In this document: positions 1-9,176 of the stretch, one piece after another
How positions within the stretch are numbered: position 1 is the first letter of the stretch
How the letters are laid out: the number at the start of each line of letters is the position of its first letter
IMG/VR virus record: IMGVR_UViG_3300046373_000041
Span: 1-44,471 of that record
DNA length: 44,471 nt
Strand: one strand, 5' to 3'
From: a virus
Taxonomy: Duplodnaviria; Caudoviricetes
Made by a program: the position numbers and the translations under genes
Notes under the pieces: model-generated
The model's input: only the letters and a program-made list of their open reading frames with translations
Databases searched by the model: none
What the model was told of the DNA's origin: nothing

Positions 1-15
1 CGCCGCCAGGGTGGG

Positions 16-171
16 TTATTTGATGGTGTCGAGGTCGATGACGATCTCAGTGCCGCTGGGGAGTTGCACGGCGGCGGCGTTCGGGCCGAAGGCGAATAGG
101 ATCTTGCCGGTCATCGGGGTCTCGCCGAGTGTGAAGCGGATCTGATCGCCGACCGCAAGCTGCTTGCTCAT
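16..171 (-). CDS. small hypothetical protein (51 aa, MSKQLAVGDQIRF...)
   Basis: Translated by hand (below the ORF-track cutoff); GAAGGG RBS and a promoter upstream. Confidence 0.7.
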   Translation of the reverse strand: MSKQLAVGDQIRFTLGETPMTGKILFAFGPNAAAVQLPSGTEIVIDLDTIK

Positions 172-190
172 GTTCTTACCCTTCGTTCGA

Positions 191-234
191 TCTAACAGTT
201 AGAACAAACTATCACACTGCGGGGCCGATCAGAA
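191..234 (-). promoter_or_regulatory. sigmaA-type promoter (TTCTGA-N17-TAGTTT, TG-extended -10) with operator box GTTCTA-ACT-GTTAGA
   Basis: -10 at 206-211, -35 at 229-234, box at 191-205. Confidence 0.6.
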
Positions 235-1455
235 GAAGTCAGGGTCGGCGACTTCGCCGTCTTCGATCATGAAGCCGAAGCCGTCGCCGTCGCTGACGAC
301 TTCGATCCACACTTGGCAGTCGTGCTTCGTCGCCATTTCCGCGACCAGCTGCAAGCCTTCGCTGTCGAGCAGTGAGCCGTCGGCGATCCTGATGACCCGT
401 AGGGCCGGGTTCAGGGCGATCGCCATAGCCAGGCTGGCGCGCAGCTGCTCGGCGCCTGACGCCTGCTTGAAGGGGATGCCATTCAGCAGCACGCCCGTAT
501 CGTCGAAGCCCAGCGGCAAGCCGCCAGGGAACTTCGCGGCCTTCAGACCGTCAGCCTTCGCCCGGTCGATATCGGCGATCTGCTGCGTCAGGGCTTGCGC
601 GTCTTCGGCGAGATCCGCCTGCTGCTCGACGACAGCCTTCAGGGCGGCGTGCTGGCGGGCCTGCGCGTTGATCTGCTCGGCGTGCTGGATCTGATCGAGC
701 AGCAGGGCTGCTTCGTTCAGGACGTGGCCGTCCCAGTTCGACAGCTGCGCCTTCGCGTTCGCAGCGCGGATCTCGGCTTCAGCGAGCGACTGGCGGAATA
801 GCTCGACGTCATTGACCGCTTCGGCATGCTCGCGAACGTCGGCTTCGTAGTCGCGATCGAGCGCTCGGGCGGCTTCGAGCTTCGTCAGCAGGTCGTTCAC
901 GCTGACTTCTTCGGTCGGGGCGTCGGTGGGCAGATCGAAGGCGTCGGCCTGCGCAGTCAGGCGCTTCAGTTCGCGGTTCACGTCGGTGCGCCGCTCGAAC
1001 AGTTCGGCCCGCTCAGCGTCAAGCTGCGCCGGGTCGAAGGGCAGGTCGACGAGTTCGAGCAGGGTCTTCAGCTGCGCCTTCTCGTCGAGTTGCGTGAAGG
1101 CCAGGGGGTCGAGGGACAGGCGCCCGAGCAGGGCGTCGAGCACGGTCTGACCTTTCGCGACTTTTAGGCCGTCGGCGCCGATGACGGTCAGGGTCGAGCC
1201 ACTGGCGGTGAAGCGGCGGGTGATCTTGTATTCGCCGGTTTCGATGACGATCTCGGCGTTGCCCGCGCCTTCACGGATGGGGCGGGGCAGGGCTTTCGCG
1301 CTGGTGCCGCCGAGTGCTGCGGTGATCGCGTCGAGCACGCTGGTCTTGCCTTGCCCGTTCCTGCCGCTGATGACGACCAGGTCGCCGGTCGGGGTGATCT
1401 CGACGGCTTTCAGGCGTTTGAAGTTCGTTGCTTCGAGCTTGATGATGCGGGTCAT
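229..1455 (-). CDS. SMC/RecN/SbcC-like AAA ATPase
   Basis: NFKRL near the N-terminus, Walker A GRNGQGKTS, long coiled coil, ABC signature ASGAEQ, Walker B-like IRIADG. Confidence 0.85.
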   Translation of the reverse strand: MTRIIKLEATNFKRLKAVEITPTGDLVVISGRNGQGKTSVLDAITAALGGTSAKALPRPIREGAGNAEIVIETGEYKITRRFTASGSTLTVIGADGLKVAKGQTVLDALLGRLSLDPLAFTQLDEKAQLKTLLELVDLPFDPAQLDAERAELFERRTDVNRELKRLTAQADAFDLPTDAPTEEVSVNDLLTKLEAARALDRDYEADVREHAEAVNDVELFRQSLAEAEIRAANAKAQLSNWDGHVLNEAALLLDQIQHAEQINAQARQHAALKAVVEQQADLAEDAQALTQQIADIDRAKADGLKAAKFPGGLPLGFDDTGVLLNGIPFKQASGAEQLRASLAMAIALNPALRVIRIADGSLLDSEGLQLVAEMATKHDCQVWIEVVSDGDGFGFMIEDGEVADPDFF

Positions 1456-1495
1456 GATGGTCTGCTTTCGGTTGTCTGGCTGGCGGGCGAGTGGG

Positions 1496-1639
1496 TTAGC
1501 TGTTGCGGATTGCTTCGCGTAGGGGTTCCATGACGCGGGCTTGGAATTCGTCGAACGCGGCAGTGTCGACCCTGCTAGGGGCGTCGAGCGCCGCCAGGAA
1601 CAGGGCGCTGATCGCGGCCTGCTTCGGGCGGGGTGCCAC
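1496..1639 (-). CDS. hypothetical protein (47 aa)
   Basis: GTG start overlaps the upstream TAG; C-terminal part of listed ORF 1496..1717. Confidence 0.55.
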   Translation of the reverse strand: MAPRPKQAAISALFLAALDAPSRVDTAAFDEFQARVMEPLREAIRNS

Positions 1640-1971
1640 TACTTCCCGGTCCTGACGGCGTCGATGCCGTCGACGTGGTGCTCGGCGACGAAGGCAAGGA
1701 TCTCGTCTTCGGTCCATTCGCGGCGGGTCGGTGAGTAGTTGGCGCGGTTGCCGTCGTAGCTGTCGACGATGAACTGCCAGGCCTTCGCCATGTCGAACTC
1801 GGCGCGGATGCTGACGCCGCAGCGGGGGCAGTTGGGGGATACGAAGTGCACGGTGCCGTCTTGCTTGTGGACGGTGTGCGTTGCGTGGCCGTGGGCTGCG
1901 CAGTAGTCGGCGTGGCCTTGTGTGACGACGCCGCCGCTGATCGCGGGGAAGGACATTCCGAAGTTGGACAT
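1639..1971 (-). CDS. hypothetical protein with His/Cys metal-binding motifs
   Basis: HADYCAAHGH and CPRC motifs; own promoter and TAAGGA RBS. Confidence 0.75.
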   Translation of the reverse strand: MSNFGMSFPAISGGVVTQGHADYCAAHGHATHTVHKQDGTVHFVSPNCPRCGVSIRAEFDMAKAWQFIVDSYDGNRANYSPTRREWTEDEILAFVAEHHVDGIDAVRTGK

Positions 1972-1991
1972 GATCAGATCCTTACTATTGA

Positions 1992-2036
1992 TTGAACTGT
2001 TAGAACAAACCTAATGCAGATATCACGATGATGCAA
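1992..2036 (-). promoter_or_regulatory. sigmaA promoter TTGCAT-N17-TAGGTT with operator box over the start site
   Basis: -35 at 2031-2036, -10 at 2008-2013, box GTTCTA-ACA-GTTCAA at 1992-2006; a second box at 2047-2061. Confidence 0.75.
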
Positions 2037-2643
2037 GCACCGTGACCCGAACCGTTAGAGCATTCTCGCCCTTGCCGCCGTCATGCATGAACGGCCCGGT
2101 CACGAAGTGCCGGTTATCGTCCTCCGTCAGCCCGTAGTCGCTCACCATCCCGTCGAGCACGGCCTTCGCCGTCGGCGCCCAGTTCGCCGGGTCGAACCTG
2201 TTCGCGATCGGCTTGCGCACGAAACAGTCGACCTGCACGCGGGCCAGGCCCACCGGAAGGGCGGCGCGGACAGCCGCCCGGTAGCCCGCCCCGCGCCAGG
2301 CCTTCACCTTCGCCGCCTTCGGTGCCCAATGCCCGGCCTTGTCACGGTTCGCGTTCAGGAACTCGCACGGCGCATCGACCACAAACTCGAAGACCTGCCC
2401 GACGCTCGGCGGCGCTGTAAGCCGATCTGCGGGCTTCAAGGGCGTTTCGCGGGTGATTGGACCTTGAAGGCCAGGAACGGCGACAGGCGCCCCCAGCGCG
2501 GCCCGCGCAGCAGGTCGTTTGCTCGAAGGCTTCGACACGATCGGCGCCAGACCGAGGCCCTTATCGCGAAGCCGGGCCAGAAACGCCGCCTGCGCAGCTT
2601 TTCGGGGTCTGCCGCGTGGGGTGTCGCGTGCCGGGGTCGTCAT
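2023..2643 (-). CDS. rusA: RusA-like Holliday junction resolvase
   Basis: LNAN, DPANWAPTAKAVLDG and EDDN motifs; ATG at 2643 overlaps the upstream stop (ATGA). Confidence 0.75.
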   Translation of the reverse strand: MTTPARDTPRGRPRKAAQAAFLARLRDKGLGLAPIVSKPSSKRPAARAALGAPVAVPGLQGPITRETPLKPADRLTAPPSVGQVFEFVVDAPCEFLNANRDKAGHWAPKAAKVKAWRGAGYRAAVRAALPVGLARVQVDCFVRKPIANRFDPANWAPTAKAVLDGMVSDYGLTEDDNRHFVTGPFMHDGGKGENALTVRVTVLASS

Positions 2644-2903
2644 ATCTTGCCGAGCCTTTCGAGGTTCATTTGTTCGTGTTCGAAGATTCTGGGGATCAGG
2701 TCGGGTCTGCCGATGCGGTGCAGCTGCCTTTTGAGGGCGTCGGGTTTGCCGTGGTAGCTGGTCTTGCGCAGGATTTCTCCTTCGCCTTCGCCGCACATGA
2801 CCAGGAATTCGATTTCGCTGGTGAGCGCTTCGGCGCGGTCGGCTTTTGCTGCGGCCGCGAGTTCGATCCTGCTTGCCCGCGCTTCGGGGCTGTAGCGGGT
2901 CAT
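2640..2903 (-). CDS. hypothetical protein, possibly HTH-like (87 aa)
   Basis: ATGA coupling at both ends; start MTRYSPE. Confidence 0.65.
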   Translation of the reverse strand: MTRYSPEARASRIELAAAAKADRAEALTSEIEFLVMCGEGEGEILRKTSYHGKPDALKRQLHRIGRPDLIPRIFEHEQMNLERLGKI

Positions 2904-3397
2904 GCTGCTTTCGCCCCTTTGTGTGCCCGGTAGGCGGCGTCTCGTCGGCTTTTGGCTTCGACGCATGTTTCGCAGCGGCATCCGTGGCGCTGGTAGCGGT
3001 TGTGCGTGCCGTGCGCCGATTCGCCTTGATCGAGGTTGCCCGCGCCGCGGGTTGCTGGTTCCTTGCCGGGCGCGTTGCCGTTGGGGTCTTTGCTGGGGAA
3101 GCGCTCAGCCGTTGCGGCTAGCAGTCGCTGCCTGCCGAGTTCTTCGGGTTCGTCGTAGCGGATGATCTCGCGATGACCGGCGATCATGTCGGCCAGGCGG
3201 GCGGTTCTGATGTAGCGGGCGGCGACGGTGTTCGCGTGTCGCTTCTGCTCGATCTTGCCTTCGATGGTCTTCAGGCGGGCGATCGCTTTGCGTGCTGCGT
3301 CGAGGTCGGCCAGGACTAGGCGGGTGTGAAGTGCTCGAAGCTCAGAGGTTGCTCGGGCGTATTCGGCGACGGTCAGGTGCTCGGGGTCGGGGATCAT
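2900..3397 (-). CDS. hypothetical protein with C-terminal HGT...GCRCxxC zinc motif
   Basis: HGTHNRYQRHGCRCETC, a motif common in actinophage proteins. Confidence 0.7.
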   Translation of the reverse strand: MIPDPEHLTVAEYARATSELRALHTRLVLADLDAARKAIARLKTIEGKIEQKRHANTVAARYIRTARLADMIAGHREIIRYDEPEELGRQRLLAATAERFPSKDPNGNAPGKEPATRGAGNLDQGESAHGTHNRYQRHGCRCETCVEAKSRRDAAYRAHKGAKAA

Positions 3398-3439
3398 GTC
3401 GATCGGCTTTCGGGTCGGGCTGTCTGGCGAACAGCGTGT

Positions 3440-3645
3440 CTCGCGTTTAAGAAGGTGACGATTGAGGTTGAAAGTTGGATGTTGAGGGTTGCTTGTTGTT
3501 AGTTGTCTGTTGTCTGTTGTGGGCGACGGTTTTCGTACCCCCTTCGTATGGGTGTAGTTACGGTAAAACTTCAGTAATGTCGAGGGGCTAATCGACGGTT
3601 TCAGAAGGGGCTAATCGACGGATCTCGAAGGGTCTTCGGTTCGGT
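3440..3645. other. putative replication origin (iterons plus strand-asymmetric tract)
   Basis: 16-bp direct repeat AGGGGCTAATCGACGG at 3583-3598 and 3606-3621; GTTGTCT-like G/T tract at about 3481-3520; lies directly downstream of the initiator genes. Confidence 0.65.
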
Positions 3646-4164
3646 CTAAAAGAAGTCAACATCGTCGCCCGGCTTCATGTATCCAGTGAACTTCTGCGGG
3701 TCGAGCGGGGGCGTCGTGTGGAACGCTTCGACCATGTCCTTATGCGCCCATATGGCAAGCTCGGGCTGCTCGTCGCGCAGCCGCAGCAGTTCGAAGATCA
3801 CAATCTGCTTCAGTTCGATCGAGCCGATCTGATGCCAGGCCTTGACGACACTGACCATCATGTTCCTGTTGGATAGCTCGACGTCGTTGCGGATAAATGA
3901 CCGGACTAGCAGCACGTCGACGTCTTCGTCGAGCACGATGAACAGGCCTTCGCGAAGCTCCTGCAAGGCCGCTTCGAGCACTTCGAGCGAGAGCGCAGCG
4001 GCGAGCTTGCGGACCTGCTTCGGTTTCCATTCCATCGCCCCGCACTGCGTCAGCGCTGCTTGGCTGACCAGGGCGTCATAGAGCCATTGCGCCATAGGTG
4101 ACAGGGCCAGCCATTCAGGCTGACTCCATCGCCTAATGTGCGTCTTGCCGTATTTTCGACTCAC
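3646..4164 (-). CDS. replication initiator-like protein (N-terminal winged-helix type), paralog 2
   Basis: WLALSPMAQWLY...CGAMEWKP...LLVRSFIRND...NMMVS pattern of actinophage replication initiators. Confidence 0.7.
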   Translation of the reverse strand: MSRKYGKTHIRRWSQPEWLALSPMAQWLYDALVSQAALTQCGAMEWKPKQVRKLAAALSLEVLEAALQELREGLFIVLDEDVDVLLVRSFIRNDVELSNRNMMVSVVKAWHQIGSIELKQIVIFELLRLRDEQPELAIWAHKDMVEAFHTTPPLDPQKFTGYMKPGDDVDFF

Positions 4165-4634
4165 TTCGCCGCGCCGCCTGCGAGATCTGCGGGAGTGAGT
4201 GCGGTGCGATCAAGCCAAAAGCGGATACGCGGATCAGTCCAGGCCGCGACGTCGGGGTGCTCTGCCCGCAACTTCTGAAGCTCGCCGACGATCAGGGCGA
4301 TCAGCTTCATTGACGTAATACCGCGGATCGAGTTCACGACCGCGATCAGCATGCGCTTATTGTTGACCGGCGTCACTTCGGTCAGGTATCCAGGCAGCAG
4401 CATTTCGTCGGTCTCGTCGTCGAAGATCACGACCCCGGCCCGGTCCAGTTCGAGCGCCGCGCCGATGATCGCGTCTTCATCGAGTCCGGTCGCCAACTGC
4501 GAGTATCGTTTCGGCCAGACGTCCACGACGCCGCAGCGGCGCGGGCCTTCGCGCAGGGCGGTAAAGAAAAGCCATTGCGCGGGCACTGAGAGGCCCTTGA
4601 ATGCGGGTGTACTGATGATCGGATTCTCGGTCAC
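4161..4634 (-). CDS. replication initiator-like protein, paralog 1
   Basis: FKGLSVPAQWLF...CGVVDVWP...FDDETDEMLLPGY aligns by eye with the downstream gene; GTG start with GGAAGG RBS. Confidence 0.65.
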   Translation of the reverse strand: MTENPIISTPAFKGLSVPAQWLFFTALREGPRRCGVVDVWPKRYSQLATGLDEDAIIGAALELDRAGVVIFDDETDEMLLPGYLTEVTPVNNKRMLIAVVNSIRGITSMKLIALIVGELQKLRAEHPDVAAWTDPRIRFWLDRTALTPADLAGGAAK

Positions 4635-4743
4635 GGTGGGGCCTTCCGTAGGGTCTTGGCGACGGATCTGCTAGGGGCTTGGTTACGCCGTAGTTTCGAC
4701 GTAAATACAACGTACCTTAGTTCTAGGGCTTCAAACAACCACG

Positions 4744-4780
4744 AAACGCCGAAAACCGCCCACCCTTGCGGGTAGGCGGC
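4744..4780 (-). terminator. intrinsic terminator
   Basis: Minus strand reads GCCGCCTACCC-GCAA-GGGTGGGCGGT followed by TTTCGGCGTTT. Confidence 0.75.
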
Positions 4781-4798
4781 TCGGGGCGCTGGATCAGG

Positions 4799-4912
4799 TC
4801 ATGAGCAGCGGCAGTCGGGTTGCGAGTTCGTCGTGATCATCCCGCAGGCAGGACACGGCTCGCCCTTCTCAGACGTCGTAATACTCCGATCCGGTTCGCG
4901 GCGCGGGATCAT
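4799..4912 (-). CDS. small Cys-rich protein (37 aa; CPAC...CRC)
   Basis: Translated by hand; ATGA overlap with the nrdH stop. Confidence 0.55.
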   Translation of the reverse strand: MIPRREPDRSITTSEKGEPCPACGMITTNSQPDCRCS

Positions 4913-5253
4913 GCGATCGCCAGGTCTTCGACGACATACAACGCGGCCCGGCGCTGGCGGGCGATCGCGTCGTCGAGCCGGTCAGGATCGAAGCCGTAGA
5001 AGTGCTCGTCGTTCACGAACGTGACCGGAACGCCCGTATAGCCGAGTTCCTTCAGGGCGTCGAGCTTGTTCTGCTTCTCGGCATTCTCGGGCGAATCGGG
5101 GTCGCCCCTCATGGTCAGGTCGTCGACAGTGAAGTCGGCGGCATGCTTGGTCAGGTGACGCTTGACGCCGTTGCACTGAACGCAAGGGGTCTTCGAGTAG
5201 ACGACGATCGTCGGGGCTTCTTCTCGGGGCATAAGCTCGGTGACTGCTTCCAT
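4909..5253 (-). CDS. nrdH: NrdH-like glutaredoxin
   Basis: VYSKTPCVQC, GYTGVPV, GFDPDRL. Confidence 0.9.
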   Translation of the reverse strand: MEAVTELMPREEAPTIVVYSKTPCVQCNGVKRHLTKHAADFTVDDLTMRGDPDSPENAEKQNKLDALKELGYTGVPVTFVNDEHFYGFDPDRLDDAIARQRRAALYVVEDLAIA

Positions 5254-5341
5254 CTGGCGGGGACGCTTCTTTCAGGTGAGTTGCTAAGTGGGACAGGCCC
5301 GCGGCCAGGTTGGAAGGCACTGGCCGCGGGCTGGTGTTTGG

Positions 5342-5376
5342 ATCTTGCGCCGCTGCTGGCGGCGCGTGTGGGAAGG
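5342..5376 (-). promoter_or_regulatory. phage-specific promoter copy (CCTTCCCAC-N20-CAAGAT)
   Basis: Same spacing as the other nine copies; a 12-bp hairpin (5297-5331) lies in the leader. Confidence 0.65.
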
Positions 5377-5380
5377 CGGT

Positions 5381-5929
5381 CTAGAACGGGGGTTCGGAGT
5401 CGGGGCCGCTGCCCCAGCCGCCCGCGTTTGCGACGCCCGGCGTTGCCCAGGGGTCTTCGGCTGGCGCGGCCTGCTGCCCGCCCCAGCCCTGACCCTGCTG
5501 CCCGCCGCCGAAGCCGCCGCCGCCGAAGCCGCCGCCCTGCGCCTGCCCGCCGCCTTGCTGGCCGCGGTTCGTGCGGTTGACCTTCGCGTTCGCGTAGCGC
5601 AGCGAGGGGCCGATCTCGTCGACTTCGAGTTCGATGACGGTGCGCTTTTCTCCCTCCTTCGTTTCGTAAGACCGGCTTTTCAGGCGACCGGCCACGATGA
5701 CGCGCATGCCCTTCGTTAGCGACTCGGCTACGTTTTCAGCGGATTCGCGCCAGACCGACGCCCGCAGGAACAGGGTCTCGCCGTCTTTCCATTCGTTCGA
5801 CTGCCGATCGAATGTTCTAGGCGTTGAAGCAATCGTGAAGTTTGCGACCGCCGACCCGCTCGGGGTGAAGCGAAGCTCGACGTCGTTAGTGAGATTTCCG
5901 ATTACGGTAATTTGGGTCTCGCCAGCCAT
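5381..5929 (-). CDS. ssb: single-stranded DNA-binding protein
   Basis: Actinobacterial SSB ([14 protein letters not shown]...), Gly-rich linker, DSEPPF tail. Confidence 0.97.
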   Translation of the reverse strand: MAGETQITVIGNLTNDVELRFTPSGSAVANFTIASTPRTFDRQSNEWKDGETLFLRASVWRESAENVAESLTKGMRVIVAGRLKSRSYETKEGEKRTVIELEVDEIGPSLRYANAKVNRTNRGQQGGGQAQGGGFGGGGFGGGQQGQGWGGQQAAPAEDPWATPGVANAGGWGSGPDSEPPF

Positions 5930-6426
5930 TATGCTGCTGCTTTCAGTCGTGCCCGGCGCGCACGCTGCGCGGCCCGGCGTTTGGGTGAGTTGTCAGCCGA
6001 ACGCCTGCACGTCAGGCAGACTCGGCTTGTGGTGTTCGGCTTGATCTGAAGGAAAGTATTTTCGGGCGTGTACTCGTGCCCTTCGGGGCAGTGAGTCTTT
6101 TGAATGTTCGAGTTGTGCGACCTGTTCACGTTTTCGCCAGGCTTGACCGCTTCGAGGTGTCTCGGGTTGCAGCAGGCTCGATGCTCGCAGGGTCCAGGCG
6201 GGCAGTCGGTGTCGTTGTGGCAGGTATGGTCGACATGCTTACCGTCGGGGATTGGCCCGAACTCGGCTTCGTAGGCGAAGCGGTGCGCTAGAGAAGTGAC
6301 CGGCTTTTCTGGATGAAAGACGCCGTATCCGGTTTTCTTCATAACGCCCGCAGTCCAGGGCCAGCAGGCGTCAGGCCCGCCCGACTTGTCGACCTTCGAC
6401 CAGAAGCGTTCTTCAGTCGTCGGCAT
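5929..6426 (-). CDS. HNH endonuclease
   Basis: [24 protein letters not shown]...CCNPRHL...EN; C-terminal THCPEGH...CLTC. Confidence 0.9.
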   Translation of the reverse strand: MPTTEERFWSKVDKSGGPDACWPWTAGVMKKTGYGVFHPEKPVTSLAHRFAYEAEFGPIPDGKHVDHTCHNDTDCPPGPCEHRACCNPRHLEAVKPGENVNRSHNSNIQKTHCPEGHEYTPENTFLQIKPNTTSRVCLTCRRSADNSPKRRAAQRARRARLKAAA

Positions 6427-6655
6427 GGTCGTCGCCTTTCGTTTCGGGGATCGGCCCGCCGACGTGCCGCCAGCGCTTGCCGTTGACGATCAGGGACACA
6501 AGGCCCTGCGTGATGCCGTGCTCGTTGGCTATGTCGATCTGCTTGCAGCCGTGCGCGTAGGCCTGCCGGATCTCGACGATCTGGTCGTCGGTGAGCTTCG
6601 CAGCGGGCCGGGCCGCGCCCCTCTGGTAGGCGCGGCCCTTCTTCTGCTGGATCAT
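6413..6655 (-). CDS. HTH DNA-binding protein
   Basis: AKLTDDQIVEIR...QIDIANEHGITQGLVSLIVNGKRW. Confidence 0.8.
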   Translation of the reverse strand: MIQQKKGRAYQRGAARPAAKLTDDQIVEIRQAYAHGCKQIDIANEHGITQGLVSLIVNGKRWRHVGGPIPETKGDDHADD

Positions 6656-7725
6656 GCCGCGGCGTCAGGCTCGGGCGCGGCCTTCGCGTCGGCTTCTTCC
6701 CACAGCAGGCCGGTCAGTTCGAAGGCTTCGGTCTCGGTCAGCTGCTTCGAGGATGCGATCGGTCGGCCCGCGAACTCGCTGACGCGCTTCATGACGGCGG
6801 CACGGTTCGGGAAACCTGCGGCCTTCAGGGCGTCTTGTAGCGCCTTCTGCTGGTCGGGGGTGCATAGAGCGGCAGGCTCGGCTTCTGCGGGCGCTGGCGC
6901 CTGCTCGGCGGACTGCTCTGGCGGCAGTTCGCCGGTCTTCTCGTCGACTGCTTCGGCCAGGGCGTCAGCTTCGTCGTCGACGGGTTCGAGATCCGCGGGC
7001 GGGCCAGCCGGTGCGACAGGCGCGACCGGGGCCGGTGGCTGGCGGCGCGCTGCCGGTGCCTTGCGCTGCAACGGCGTCACGGTCGCCGCAGCGGGCGCGG
7101 TCGCTGGCGTCGACGGGTCGGTCTCGCCGAGGTCTTCCAGCTGCACTTCTTCGACGCTGGTCGAGGCGACGCCGGTCAGCACGTCGGGGGCGATCACGCG
7201 GCACGCTTCGGCCTGCGCCTTCGCGGTCAGCATTGCGATCGGGTCGGACGCATACTTCGCGTTCTTCAGGTAGCCAGCCTTCGACGCCCGTTCGATCGTC
7301 CATTCGAAGGTTTGCCATTCGCCCTTGCCGTTGCGGCGGGCACGGTAGACGACGCTGCGCTCGGTCGCTGCTACCCGCTCGACGTCGTGCCCGGCAGCGA
7401 GCACCAGGGCGACCATTGTGCGGGCATACATGGCCGGGCGACCGTGCACGATGAAGATGTTTTGAATGGAGTTCATCGGGTCCAGCCCGAGCGCCTTGCC
7501 TGCCAGGACGCAAGCGGCGACATTCTCGGCGATCTGGTCGTATTCCTTCATTGCCCCGCCCGACTTCGTCTTCAGGGTCAGGGGCACGAAGTCGGTCGAC
7601 GCGAGGGCCTTGCCGATCATGTGAGCGGCGGACAGTTCAGCGGCCCACATTTGCAGGTCGACGGTGAAAGCGGTCTGCGGCGCGAGGGCGGCGTTCGCTG
7701 CGGGGTTCAGGGCGATCTCGGTCAT
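6652..7725 (-). CDS. RecT-like single-strand annealing protein
   Basis: GLDPMNSIQNIFIVHGRPAM...WTIERA...P-AML; follows the exonuclease; start reassigned to ATG 7725. Confidence 0.75.
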   Translation of the reverse strand: MTEIALNPAANAALAPQTAFTVDLQMWAAELSAAHMIGKALASTDFVPLTLKTKSGGAMKEYDQIAENVAACVLAGKALGLDPMNSIQNIFIVHGRPAMYARTMVALVLAAGHDVERVAATERSVVYRARRNGKGEWQTFEWTIERASKAGYLKNAKYASDPIAMLTAKAQAEACRVIAPDVLTGVASTSVEEVQLEDLGETDPSTPATAPAAATVTPLQRKAPAARRQPPAPVAPVAPAGPPADLEPVDDEADALAEAVDEKTGELPPEQSAEQAPAPAEAEPAALCTPDQQKALQDALKAAGFPNRAAVMKRVSEFAGRPIASSKQLTETEAFELTGLLWEEADAKAAPEPDAAA

Positions 7726-7727
7726 GA

Positions 7728-8588
7728 TCAGGCTACTTTCAGTTCGTTGTTCAGGGCGGGCAGGGCAAGGGGTTCGGTGATGATCGCGGCGCGTTCCTTC
7801 GCCGTTTTGTGCGTGAAGGCGCACGCGAGGAACATGTCGTAATGCCGGTCGATTTCTTCGGGGGTCTTCGCCAGGTCGTAGATGAGCGATTCGCCCGGCG
7901 TGATATGGCAGACCATCGTGCGATCGACCTGCGGCATCGGGATCTCGACCGCGGGTTCGTCGTCGTGCACGTAGAACTCGGACTTCGCATAAGCGGCGGT
8001 CTGAAGGCCGGTCTCGCCGTAGACGCCCCGGCTTGTCTTCCAGTCGAGCAGCACGCGGACATTGCCCAGGGCGCCGATCTCGACGATCGAGTCGAGCCGC
8101 CCGGCGTGCCAGTTCGCACGGTTGCCGACGCTAGTCTCGGTCAGGATCGGGCGGATATCCCATGCGTCGATCAGGCGCAGATAGCCTTCGACGTAGGGCA
8201 GCAGCAGGGGCGGGATGACGACCGGCTGACCATGCAGCAGCTTCTCGGCATAGTCGTGGATCTCGGTGCCGCGGGCGCCTGCGGCGTCGCGCACCTTGCC
8301 CGGCTCGTCAGCGAGGGCCTTGACCATATCGAAGACCGGCTCGCCTTCGGCTGGCGCGATGCCGTGCTTCTGCCGGTAAAGCTCGACTTCGAGAGGGTTG
8401 TCCTTCACGAACTCGGCGACCGTCTTGCCCGCCCAATAGATCAGGTTCGGCTTCGGAATGCCCCCGTCGATGATGGTCGTCGCGCCGGTCACGCGAAGTT
8501 CAGGGTTCGAGCCTTTCGCGGCGGTAGCCGGGCCGGGCTGCGCGGTCATCCGGTACTGGTGCGATTTTTCAAGGAAACGTAGCGACAT
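7728..8588 (-). CDS. PD-(D/E)XK exonuclease (RecE/Cas4-like)
   Basis: RGTEIH, ETSV, AGRLD, LDWKTS, QTAAY. Confidence 0.85.
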   Translation of the reverse strand: MSLRFLEKSHQYRMTAQPGPATAAKGSNPELRVTGATTIIDGGIPKPNLIYWAGKTVAEFVKDNPLEVELYRQKHGIAPAEGEPVFDMVKALADEPGKVRDAAGARGTEIHDYAEKLLHGQPVVIPPLLLPYVEGYLRLIDAWDIRPILTETSVGNRANWHAGRLDSIVEIGALGNVRVLLDWKTSRGVYGETGLQTAAYAKSEFYVHDDEPAVEIPMPQVDRTMVCHITPGESLIYDLAKTPEEIDRHYDMFLACAFTHKTAKERAAIITEPLALPALNNELKVA

Positions 8589-8591
8589 GGT

Positions 8592-8723
8592 TCAGACTCC
8601 GATCATGGTGAGGATCGCCCAGGCCGACGCGAGGGTGACCAGGATGCAGACGACCTTCAGGCAGTCGACGACGGTCTCGCCGCGGCTTGTCAGGCGAAGC
8701 GGGGGCTGCTGCTGGCGGCTCAT
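8592..8723 (-). CDS. small membrane protein (43 aa)
   Basis: LRLTSRG motif plus one hydrophobic segment; ATGA coupling. Confidence 0.6.
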   Translation of the reverse strand: MSRQQQPPLRLTSRGETVVDCLKVVCILVTLASAWAILTMIGV

Positions 8724-9088
8724 GCTGCGACCGGCAAGGCATCGGCGTCGCGGGCAGCGCGCACGGTGCGGGTGCGGTTGACGACGGTCTTCAGGATCGC
8801 GTCGTGCCAGCCTTCGCGCTGCTCGCGAATGAACTCGGCGCGGGTCGTCCAGTCGCAGGCGTCGCCGAGATCCCACTGCGACAGGTCGGCATGGTTGTCG
8901 GCCCAGTCGATCGCGATCTTCGCTTCGACCATTTCTTGAAACTGGCTGCGGGTGATCTGGATATCGGCGACGGTAAGTTCGGCGAAGACGACGACTTCGA
9001 TATCGTGCGGCCCGCCCCAATACTCGGCGGCTCGGTTTACTGCTTCGGTGACAACTGCGGCGACGTCTGCCCGGTCTGGCGATGACAT
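8720..9088 (-). CDS. hypothetical protein, first gene of the early operon
   Basis: GAAAGGA RBS; promoter upstream. Confidence 0.75.
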   Translation of the reverse strand: MSSPDRADVAAVVTEAVNRAAEYWGGPHDIEVVVFAELTVADIQITRSQFQEMVEAKIAIDWADNHADLSQWDLGDACDWTTRAEFIREQREGWHDAILKTVVNRTRTVRAARDADALPVAA

Positions 9089-9112
9089 GGCATTCCTTTC
9101 GGTGGTGCGAAT

Positions 9113-9176
9113 GTTCTAGGCGCTCAATAATTTGAACCGCTAGAACAAACCTAGCCCGTTATTACGATGCGCGCAA
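9113..9176 (-). promoter_or_regulatory. early sigmaA promoter TTGCGC-N17-TAGGTT with two inverted operator boxes
   Basis: -35 at 9171-9176, -10 at 9148-9153; boxes at 9132-9146 (-) and 9113-9127 (+). Confidence 0.75.

Noticed and set aside
7728-8588. Cas4-like nuclease suggesting CRISPR-Cas
   Set aside because: No array or other cas genes; it pairs with the RecT-like gene as a recombination exonuclease.
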